A program made the translations under genes and the position numbers. Shown here one piece after another: positions 18,790 through 27,554 of a stretch of DNA of 32,000 bases; the stretch's first letter is position 1; each line of letters begins with the position of its first letter. The stretch covers positions 1-32,000 of the forward strand of contig JAWOFX010000089.1 in NCBI GenBank assembly GCA_046497275.1, read 5' to 3'. This DNA is from Promethearchaeia archaeon. GTDB taxonomy: Archaea; Asgardarchaeota; Lokiarchaeia; Sigyniarchaeales; SOKP01. Below the pieces are notes generated by a model. It was not told the origin of the DNA and did not search any database. It worked only from the letters and a program-made list of their open reading frames with translations.

Positions 18790-20730
18790 TTAACCTCCTG
18801 ATAAAATTCCTTCGATTTCAGCATATATTTGTTTATCTCTAAAATATCTGATATCAATAGCCTGCGTTGGACAGCAAGAAGCGCAAATGCCGCAACCATC
18901 ACAATTTATATCGTCTATTTGTGCGTTTTTACCTTCTTCTACTTTAATTGCTCCTTTTGGACATTCTTTTTCACAGCGATGACATAATATACATCTTTCT
19001 TCGTCAACTTCAGCCACGATTAATTCAAGATCTATTTTCCCAGCAGATGTTAATTCAGCTACTTTGCTTGCTGCTGCTCTTGATTGAGACACAGAATACG
19101 CAATATCTTTTGGTCCTTGCGCAAAACCCGCAATAAAAATCCCCTTGGTTTTCGTTTCTTGGGGCATTAATCCAAAATGCGATTCAGTTAAAAATCCGTT
19201 TTTATCAACGTCCAAATTCATAACCTTAGCAATTGATTCTGTACCTCTAGAAGGTAACGCAGCAGTTGATAAAACCACTAAATCGGCGCTAATATTAATT
19301 ATCTCATCCGTTAAAGAAGAATATACTCTTAATTTTACATCTTTTGTCTCGGGATCTTCTTCCACATCTCCAACTTTTCCTCTAATAAGTCTGATATTGG
19401 AATCTTTCGCACGTTGGTAATATTCCTCAAATCCTTTCTCATTTGTTCGCATATCGATATAACAGATTGTTATATTCGCGTCTGGAAATTCTTCTTTTAA
19501 TAGTTTTGCATTTTTTAATGCCAGCATACAACATACATTACTGCAGTAAGTTCTTTCCGTGCATCGGCTGCCAACACATTGAATGAAGACTATTTCTTCT
19601 GGTTCTTTATCATCTGAAACTCTTCTGACATGACCAGCTAAAGGACCGTTTGGAGCGAGCATGCGCTCTAATTGAGCTTGATTGATTACATTTTCATACT
19701 CACCATATCCATATTCACCAAAAGGCTCATAAATATCCCAACCCGTAGCGATAATTATTGAGCCAACTTTGACTTGGACATCTTCTGGCGTTTGTGAGAA
19801 ATCAATCGCATCTAGCTCGCATTCAGCAACGCAGCTAAAACATTCTACACAAGAATCACGTGCAATATCATAAAGAAATGGAACTGCCTGACCAAAAGCA
19901 ATATCGATAGCTTTTCTCGTCCCCAAATTTTCATCAAAATAATTTGGAATATAAATTGGACACACTTCTGCGCAGGCTCCACATCCATTACAATCCTCTG
20001 TTATGAACCGTGGTTTCTTTTCTATAGTAACTTCATAATTTCCAACGTATCCTTTTACATCTTTAACTTCTGCGTAAGATATTATCTCTATGTTCTCACT
20101 TCGATTTACTTCAAGCATTTTTGGTCCGCAAATTCAGATGGCACAATCATCTGTAGGAAACGTCCGATCTAATTGGGCCATACGCCCGCCTATTGTTGTG
20201 TTTTTCTCAACAAGGTACACTTTAATATCTTGATTCGCTAGATCTAAAGCAGCGTTCATTCCAGCAATTCCACCTCCAATAACTAATGCCGATTTGGTTA
20301 CTGGAACTGTTTTAATCGGAACTGTTTCCAAAAGTCTCGCACGTTCTAATCCACTTTTTACCAAGATTTTCGCCTTTTCCGTTGCCTCTTTGAGATCATC
20401 TGTACACCAACTACAGTGTTCTCTCACATTTACCATTTGGTAATAATAAGGATCTAATCCTGCTTTTGAGAGAGTATCTCTATAAATCGGTTCATGCGTT
20501 ATAGGTGTTCAAGCGGACGCAACAACCCGTGTTAAGTTCTTTTCTTGAATATCATTCATTATTTCATTCTGACCACTTTCAGTGCATAGAAAAGGATGAG
20601 TTTTAGATATAACCACATCATCAAATTTTTTCGCAAAATCTACTAATTCTCCGCAATCAACTTTACTTTTAATATTTATGCCTCATTGACATGCATAGTA
20701 CCCAATCCGTTGCATATTAGATTTTTCCAT
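18790..20730 (-). CDS. hdrA: Heterodisulfide reductase subunit A selenoprotein, 646 aa, Sec at codons 16, 74 and 199
   Basis: Single frame of 647 codons from ATG 20730. TGA at 20683-20685 (YACQ-U-GINI), 20509-20511 (ASA-U-TPITHE) and 20134-20136 (FPTDDCAI-U-ICGPKM). GGGIAG FAD motif, CVGSR..YCSNVCC and four CxxCxxCxxxC motifs. GGTGA SD upstream. Confidence 0.93.
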
Positions 20731-20807
20731 GTTTTTTTTCACATCACCTTTTACTTTAAAAAAATATATCAATTAACTTGTTTTAATTATAGATTACTAC
20801 TAAATTC

Positions 20808-20820
20808 TATAAAAATCTTT
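20808..20820 (-). promoter_or_regulatory. Putative BRE/TATA promoter of the hdr operon
   Basis: AAAGATTTTTATA on the minus strand, about 80 nt upstream of the hdrA ATG. Confidence 0.4.
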
Positions 20821-21068
20821 AATGGTGTATTATATTTTAACTATTTTACTCTTAATTGATATTGTTGTTAAAAACATTATTGGACTTCACATTTAAAATT
20901 CTTTCTCTTTATTCAAATAACTAAAGTTATTATTAAGAGCGACATAATTCGTGAATTTTTTTCTATTACTGAAAATTGGAAAGAAGAATAATTTTTTAAT
21001 CTAAATGATCATAAATAATTATAATTAAAATTCTAAAGAATTAGATCTGAAAATCATCGATATCATAC

Positions 21069-22661
21069 ATGTCAAACAAAAAATTTACCCCTTTAGAAGT
21101 TTATAATAATCGGCAAAAATTGGGTATAACAAATTCAGTTCATATGCTTATTGATATTATAAATGAAGATAACCCAACGCCCGTGAGAGTAGACGCTATT
21201 AAATACTTAGGTTCGATAGAGAATATTCCTAATGATGTAAAAAATGAATGCTTTGAAACTTTAGAGAATATTTTAATATCGGAAAAAAATAATGAACTAA
21301 AATGTCAAGCCGCTAATTGCATGGGCAAAACAAAGTTGGAGAAATCACTTGAACCAATGAAATGGTATTTAGAAAATTGTGAAGTCGATTATAAAACGGA
21401 AAAAACAATATTAAAGGCAATTAGTAATATTAGATTTGAAAAACCAGAAATAGAATTGTTCATTCAATACTTAGATTCCCAATATAACTCAATAAAACAT
21501 CTTGTAAGCGATCAATTATTAAAATTAGTTCCTAATAAAGCGATCAAAATTCTTTTAGAATCATTTGACAATAATATTTCTAATATCTGTAAAAAAGAAA
21601 TTATCAGGTTGGTTGGCTATTATATAGAAAGTTTAAACGTAAGTTTTGCTGATTCTAGTTATCTAAAAGTGAAACATCCTGAAATTATAACCACTCTCTC
21701 CGAAAATATTGATAACTTCATTTCTATCTTATCCTTTGTAGATGAGGAAGACGAGAATTTAATGGAAAAAATAACAACGATTTTCAAACTTTTAGAAGAA
21801 AAAGCTGAAAAAAAATTGATTTCCATCGTAGAAGATGAAGATTTTATCGCAAAAGAAAATGCAATTTACTTAATTGGAAAGCTAAAACTCAGAAGTGCGA
21901 TGCAATTATTATTAGAAAACATCGATAATTTTTATAGTGATATAAGTATTGCCTCAATTAGAGCTCTGGCGAATATAGGAGACATTTCAATCATACCAGA
22001 ATTATTGAATACATTAGACGTCGAAGATATTGAATTTGAATATATAGATATGGATATGAAGTGGTATATCATTGAAACTATAAAAAAGATTTATCTTAAT
22101 GATAAGAGTGTTACATATGATACATTAATAGAAGAATTAGAACAATCGAATGAAATCTTAAAGGAAAGTATCGCATACATTATGGGTGAGATCGGGAAAG
22201 ATGCATTCGTAGATCCTTTGCTCTCATTGCTGGATAAAAAAGAGAATATTGATATTAAAAAAAATGCAGTTATCGCACTAGGAAAAATTGGCAATATTAA
22301 AGCAATTGATCCCTTATTGAATTATATCGAAGATCCAAGAGAATATTGGCTTTTAAAAAAGATAATTATTGATGCGATATTTAATATTTTTAACGAAAAT
22401 TGGTATAAAATCAAAAAAGATGAGGAGACTCGGAGAATCTTATTTATGAAGCGAGCATTTCTGATGGATCATCTAAAAAGCAAAGAAAAAGAATGTTTTA
22501 AGGTGAAACTCGGAATAATTAAATTTTTAGAAAAATTTGGTGATAAAACCGCGATTGATGTTCTTTTTCGGTTCGTGAACGATTTTCATAGAATTGTGAA
22601 GATTTCTGCTCAAAATGCTATTAAAACAATTGGTAAACGATTAGAAGAGGAAAATGATTAA
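21069..22661 (+). CDS. HEAT-repeat (PBS-lyase/HEAT_2-like) alpha-solenoid protein
   Basis: Repeated units AIKYLG, AANCMGK, AIYLIGKL, SIRALANIG, IAYIMGEIG, AVIALGKIGN..AIDPLL. Confidence 0.85.
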   Translation: MSNKKFTPLEVYNNRQKLGITNSVHMLIDIINEDNPTPVRVDAIKYLGSIENIPNDVKNECFETLENILISEKNNELKCQAANCMGKTKLEKSLEPMKWYLENCEVDYKTEKTILKAISNIRFEKPEIELFIQYLDSQYNSIKHLVSDQLLKLVPNKAIKILLESFDNNISNICKKEIIRLVGYYIESLNVSFADSSYLKVKHPEIITTLSENIDNFISILSFVDEEDENLMEKITTIFKLLEEKAEKKLISIVEDEDFIAKENAIYLIGKLKLRSAMQLLLENIDNFYSDISIASIRALANIGDISIIPELLNTLDVEDIEFEYIDMDMKWYIIETIKKIYLNDKSVTYDTLIEELEQSNEILKESIAYIMGEIGKDAFVDPLLSLLDKKENIDIKKNAVIALGKIGNIKAIDPLLNYIEDPREYWLLKKIIIDAIFNIFNENWYKIKKDEETRRILFMKRAFLMDHLKSKEKECFKVKLGIIKFLEKFGDKTAIDVLFRFVNDFHRIVKISAQNAIKTIGKRLEEEND

Positions 22662-22867
22662 TTTAATAACAAATTTGAGAGATTGAATTTAAGAGGGTTT
22701 GCTCTTCTCAAACTCATACTAATAACATCAATTCTTTCAAAAAATAGTAAAAAAACTCTCTTTCCTTTTATGATAACTTAATAAATTTTTTTTAATTAAT
22801 TCCATATAGTTAATTAGTTTTATAATTTAGATTTATAAATTTCAATAGATTCAAGTCAAAGAAAAAA

Positions 22868-24358
22868 ATGACAGAAAATAATACCGAAACTGCACGGAAA
22901 AAATATGAATATTCTTTTGATTACATCCAATCCAAATTAGAAGGAAGTAAAGATTCCTTTGGAAAATTAATGAAAGAAATTGTTAGAACGGGTGTATGTA
23001 CCGAATGTGGTACTTGCGCTGCTGTATGCCCAGTCTTAGAATGGGATCATTTGGTTGGGCAGCCTAAGCTGGTCGGTAAATGTACTGGGTGTGGTATATG
23101 TTATAATCAATGCCCTAGAACGATCACCGACCCAAACGAACTTATGGGAGAATTTAAAACAGGGTATGTAGCGAACACAAACATTCCAGAAATAATAGGT
23201 GGACAAGATGGAGGCACAGTCACCAGCCTTCTCTGCTACTTATTTGATGAACATTTAATTGATGCAGCAATAGTCACTATGACAGATCCTGAACATCCGT
23301 GGTTTCCAGTGCCTCAAATTATCACGACCAAGGATGAAGCGATCAAAGCCTCTGGGTCAGTCTATTGCCATTCTCAAACTATCGAAGCTTTAATGGACGC
23401 AGTTCGAGAAGATTATCGATCTATAGCGTTCGTTGGAACTCCATGTAATATTAGTGCTGTGAAGAAAATGTTTAATTCCCCAGCAGGAATGTTAAAATAT
23501 TTTATGAGAGCCAATATTCTCACAATAGGACTTTTCTGTATGGATTCTTTTGCTCCTGAAGCATTATATCCATTTTTTGAAAGAGAAGGGATTGATTTGA
23601 AAAAGGTAGAAAAGATGGATATAAGTAAAGGTAAATTCCACTTATATTATGATAAAGATGATGAACCCGTTAAATCCTATAAAATCAAAGATTTAGATAA
23701 ATTTAAGTCCTCAAGCTGTAATTTTTGTACCGATTTAACTGCGGAAGAAGCAGATATCTCGGTTGGATCCGTAGGAAGTGGAGCTAATAAGAATACCGTT
23801 TTTGCGAGAACGGGAATCGGCGCTGAAATTATCGAGGATGCCGGGAAAAAAGGATATTTAACTATTGAACCGTTTAATGCGATTAATTTGAATTCTGTTC
23901 TTTTCCTCGCTAAACTGAAAAAAGTAAGTCAATATAACATTCAAAAACGAAAAGTGTTTATTGTACATGAGAGAGAAGAAGAGGAACCGAAAATCGAATC
24001 TAAACCAGAAGAGGGACAAAAACCATCATTCGATATTAAACCAATCATCGATGCTCGAAGAGCTCTTAGTGTCAAAAGAAATGTGAATGAAGTGGATAAG
24101 ATTTTGGAACTCTCGATAACCAACACTATCGGATTTATTTTGGAAGACCTCAAAATTCGAATAGCTATGGTTGATGATTTATTTGAAAAAAATGTGTGGA
24201 ATACCAAAATAAAGGAATTATTCCCTTATGAAGAAATTGAGGTCAATTATCCATTAGAAGAAAAAGATGGAGAATTACAACTTGCTGAGGTACTCATAGA
24301 AGCCACGACTCAGAAATATGGAAAAATCTATTCAAAAACTTACAAATTGAAAAAATAA
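22868..24358 (+). CDS. FrhB/FdhB-family protein with ferredoxin domain and C-terminal beta-rich extension
   Basis: CTECGTCAAVCP, CTGCGICYNQCP, QDGGTVTSLL, FVGTPCN, GLFCMDSF, CNFCTDLTAEEADISVGSVGS; acidic linker then ~110 aa extra domain. Confidence 0.9.
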   Translation: MTENNTETARKKYEYSFDYIQSKLEGSKDSFGKLMKEIVRTGVCTECGTCAAVCPVLEWDHLVGQPKLVGKCTGCGICYNQCPRTITDPNELMGEFKTGYVANTNIPEIIGGQDGGTVTSLLCYLFDEHLIDAAIVTMTDPEHPWFPVPQIITTKDEAIKASGSVYCHSQTIEALMDAVREDYRSIAFVGTPCNISAVKKMFNSPAGMLKYFMRANILTIGLFCMDSFAPEALYPFFEREGIDLKKVEKMDISKGKFHLYYDKDDEPVKSYKIKDLDKFKSSSCNFCTDLTAEEADISVGSVGSGANKNTVFARTGIGAEIIEDAGKKGYLTIEPFNAINLNSVLFLAKLKKVSQYNIQKRKVFIVHEREEEEPKIESKPEEGQKPSFDIKPIIDARRALSVKRNVNEVDKILELSITNTIGFILEDLKIRIAMVDDLFEKNVWNTKIKELFPYEEIEVNYPLEEKDGELQLAEVLIEATTQKYGKIYSKTYKLKK

Positions 24359-24474
24359 CTTATATAACAATTTCTTTATATAATTAAAAATTAAGAATAA
24401 ATGAGAAATACGAAAAATAAAGAATTATTAATTACTATTTGAAATAGCTAAAATAAAAGAGGAGTTTGAAAAAT

Positions 24475-25383
24475 ATGAAAATTTCACTTGTTGGACTTTC
24501 AGGTTGCGGAAAAACCAGCCTCTACAGTGTAGCGTTTGCGGCTAAAAGTCCGGAAGATACGAAGTCATTAAGCCCAACTATTTTATATGAAACAAGAAGG
24601 CATCCATTTTTGGGACTCCAAGTTGGAATATTTGATTTTGGTGGCCAAGAACAGTACCGAAAGGAATACATGGAAAAACCCGAAGTATTTCGAGGAACTG
24701 ACATACTAATTCCTATTGTCGATCTCCATGATCCTAAAAGTTTTGAAGAATCAAAACAATATTTTGAAGGACTGTTAGATATTTATCGGAAAAATAACGA
24801 GAAACCGAAAATTTTTCTATTTTATCATAAATATGATACTGAGGATTATGAGAAGGAGCTTTTAGATACGAATGTAAAGAAAGCACGAGAAATTTTTGAG
24901 AATATGTTCGAGAATTATGAATCTAAGTCATATCTTACGAGTATTTACGACCAGGATAAATTGGCGAAGATTTTTAGAGATATCTTGATCTCATCATACG
25001 AGGAACTTAAAACCCATGTGGAAAAAGCGGAGAAAAAATTAGAGGAAATTGGAGCAAAGATTATCATTTCAGATATTTCGGGAAATGTAATTGTTCATAA
25101 TGTGAAGGGAGTTAGCAGCGGATTGACTCTGAGAGGGGATTTACGAGATTTTATCAATGCTTGCAACACGGTTAGAGAAAATATCTTCATGTCAGATTCT
25201 GCCATGTTTAAAGGCCGTAATGAGGATGGAAAAGAAGTTGAATTACACATCTTTAAATATATCATTTCTGTACTCATTATGAAAACTGGAGAAATTGAAA
25301 TGGAATCACAGGATAAGATCAACACCCTATTAAACGATATGAAGCTTTTTGCAGATCTAATCATTTCTGCGCATACAGAATAA
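24475..25383 (+). CDS. Rag/Gtr-like small GTPase with C-terminal roadblock-like domain
   Basis: G1 GLSGCGKTS, G2 PT, G3 DFGGQ, G4 HKYD, G5 TSIYD. GAGGAG SD favours the ATG at 24475. Confidence 0.8.
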   Translation: MKISLVGLSGCGKTSLYSVAFAAKSPEDTKSLSPTILYETRRHPFLGLQVGIFDFGGQEQYRKEYMEKPEVFRGTDILIPIVDLHDPKSFEESKQYFEGLLDIYRKNNEKPKIFLFYHKYDTEDYEKELLDTNVKKAREIFENMFENYESKSYLTSIYDQDKLAKIFRDILISSYEELKTHVEKAEKKLEEIGAKIIISDISGNVIVHNVKGVSSGLTLRGDLRDFINACNTVRENIFMSDSAMFKGRNEDGKEVELHIFKYIISVLIMKTGEIEMESQDKINTLLNDMKLFADLIISAHTE

Positions 25384-25525
25384 TCAAAAAAAGGATTAAT
25401 TTATTTTTTACTTTTCACTCTTTTTTCAGATTTAAATTAATTTATAAAATAATAACATAACATTTGAAATTAGTTCGAATGCTTTTATCCATGAAGAGTT
25501 TTAATTAATGTGGATAAAATATAAA

Positions 25526-25560
25526 TATGTAGATAATCTACATAGATATGTGATACATAT
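25526..25560. promoter_or_regulatory. Two tandem palindromic operators in front of the antitoxin gene
   Basis: TATGTAGAT-A-ATCTACATA (25526-25544) and ATATGT-GAT-ACATAT (25546-25560), ending immediately before the ATG. Confidence 0.7.
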
Positions 25561-25827
25561 ATGGCTTCTAAAAATATTTCTATTAGATTAGATCTATATA
25601 AAAAATTGAAGAAACTCAAAGAAAAAGATGAAAGTTTTTCGGATATCATAGAAAAGTTGTTGAACGAAGGTTTACTGGGTACTCCTTCCCGTTTAATGAA
25701 ACATTTCGGTGCGTGGAAAGATCTTCCAGAAAATTTTGATGACATTGTTGAAAAATTCCGTGACTCCGTTAATAAAGATACAGAATCAAGATTAAAGGAG
25801 AGAATGGATGATATTTCTGGACAGTGA
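25561..25827 (+). CDS. vapB: Archaeal VapB-type antitoxin (DUF217-like)
   Basis: KNISIRLDLYKKLKKLK..DESFSDIIEKLL N-terminal DNA-binding pattern; overlaps the PIN gene by 20 nt. Confidence 0.85.
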   Translation: MASKNISIRLDLYKKLKKLKEKDESFSDIIEKLLNEGLLGTPSRLMKHFGAWKDLPENFDDIVEKFRDSVNKDTESRLKERMDDISGQ

Positions 25828-26239
25828 TTCTGTGATAGCTTTCTTACGAGGGAAGCCAAACATAGCAAGATTTTTCGCGGAACATAAAAATTCAATATTT
25901 GCAATACCAGTTCCAGTTCTCTATGAAATTTATTATGGATTTTATTTTCCTCCTTTATCCACGAATTTTCAAAAAGATATAGGTTTCTTGGAAAAATTAA
26001 GAAACGAAGAAAAAAAACTAATTCGTTTATTAAAGGATATAAAAGTTTTTGATCTCACCTTACCCGCTATAAAGAAATCTGCTGAAATTAGTGCTACATT
26101 AGATGTTAAAGGAAAATCAGTTGGAAAATTTGATGTATTAATTGCGGGAATAATACTAGCTAATGGATATAATGAAATATTAACAAATAATTTTTCCCAT
26201 TATGAGAATATTTCTGGTTTGATAATTCATACGTTTTAA
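25808..26239 (+). CDS. vapC: VapC PIN-domain toxin
   Basis: IFLDSDSVI, LYEIYYG, GKFDVLIAG, ILTNN.SHY: the PIN acidic/Asn residues are present. Confidence 0.9.
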   Translation: MIFLDSDSVIAFLRGKPNIARFFAEHKNSIFAIPVPVLYEIYYGFYFPPLSTNFQKDIGFLEKLRNEEKKLIRLLKDIKVFDLTLPAIKKSAEISATLDVKGKSVGKFDVLIAGIILANGYNEILTNNFSHYENISGLIIHTF

Positions 26240-26519
26240 CCATATTTTAGAGAAAATTTTAGAATTACAATTTTCATTATCTAAAAATAACAAAAAGATT
26301 TTATCTTCTACAGTTGGATTCCAGAAGTAATTTTTTTGGTTCTATTTTCCTTTGATCTAGAGGTAATCCTCTCTAAGCTCAGCTATAATCTTTTTCTTTT
26401 CATTACTTGATGTCCAAAATCTTAAAAACTTCCTCAATTTTATATAACAATTAAAATCATTTCTACTTAAAAGGAAATATAAAAGAACATAATAATGCGC
26501 ATATTATAATTTAGAATAG

Positions 26520-27224
26520 TTATAGAAGTTGTTTCAAATCAGAAAGAGTTCCTTTGTAATTTGGCTCAGGAGTCTCTGGTTTGAGATTTGTATTTGAACT
26601 TGTAATTAAAAAAGTTTTACATCCAATATTGGCTGCTACCATATCCTTATCTTCATCCCCAACCATTATACATTTCTCTAAGGGAACATCAATGATTTGA
26701 GAGATCTCCTTATAGTAAAGGAGATTGGGTTTTGTTGCGGATACATGCTCAAAGCTAGTAATCAAATCAAAATCAAAAGCACTTACTCCTGCCCATTCAA
26801 GACGTTGCTTTATAGCAACTTCAGGAAGAACTGGTGTGGTTGCAATTACAACTTTGTATCCTTCATTGAAAGCTTTTTCAACAGTAGAATGGGCTTCAGG
26901 TTTTATTTTAGCAAATTTCTTTAATTTGGGAAATTCATTTTCATAAAACTCATCAAAAACCGGTTCTAAATCTTCTCTCAGATAACCTTCAAGAGGAAAA
27001 AAATAATCAGCAAAGACATTTTCATTAGTATCCGTCCCATCGTTTTCCTCCACCATTTTAGATACTTTTAAAAGTCGGGGTATAAACTTTTTTGGTGATA
27101 CATAATCCTTCACATAATTACTTAAATATAACACATAATTTTTAACAAAAGCATCAATATTAATATCTATTAGCGTTCCGTCTAAATCAAACAATACCGC
27201 GTTAATAATCTTCCTCAAACTCAT
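26520..27224 (-). CDS. HAD-superfamily hydrolase
   Basis: Motif I FDLDGTL, motif II IATTP, motif III KPN, motif IV MVGDEDKD. Confidence 0.92.
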   Translation of the reverse strand: MSLRKIINAVLFDLDGTLIDINIDAFVKNYVLYLSNYVKDYVSPKKFIPRLLKVSKMVEENDGTDTNENVFADYFFPLEGYLREDLEPVFDEFYENEFPKLKKFAKIKPEAHSTVEKAFNEGYKVVIATTPVLPEVAIKQRLEWAGVSAFDFDLITSFEHVSATKPNLLYYKEISQIIDVPLEKCIMVGDEDKDMVAANIGCKTFLITSSNTNLKPETPEPNYKGTLSDLKQLL

Positions 27225-27554
27225 ATAAAATAAAATATGCGTAAAACTATAAACTTAATGAAGGTATAACTATTTTTTGATATTTTTTATGATATCTTAA
27301 ATCTCTTGAATTCCTCTCTTCAATCAATAATTCAAAAACTATTGAAATTCGATAATAATATCAACATAGTTAATAAAATATGATAAGAAGAAACAATACA
27401 ATATTGAAAAATTAAAAAAAGGGATTTTTATTTTATAATAATTATACCTCTTTAATCCTATAAACCAAAAATAAATATTATTAAAATTCCATACATTTTT
27501 TTATATAGTTATATCATAAACTTCATAAAATTTTATAAACTTCATTCCATAATT

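Noticed and set aside
18332-20730. hdrA/mvhD as pseudogenes or as the three separate short ORFs in the track
   Set aside because: All five stops are TGA, in frame, at conserved Cys positions, with intact SD sites and a SECIS behind them. Random decay would not give this pattern.
22674-22719. Minus-strand ATGA followed by an interrupted stem (GTTTGAGA...TCTCAAAT)
   Set aside because: No GA on the 3' side to complete the core, and no Sec gene on that strand nearby. At most an intergenic hairpin.
26240-26519. Possible gene remnant between vapC and the HAD gene
   Set aside because: The minus-strand frame has short protein-like stretches broken by two TAG stops, but no recognisable motif or start. 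It cannot be supported without a homology search.
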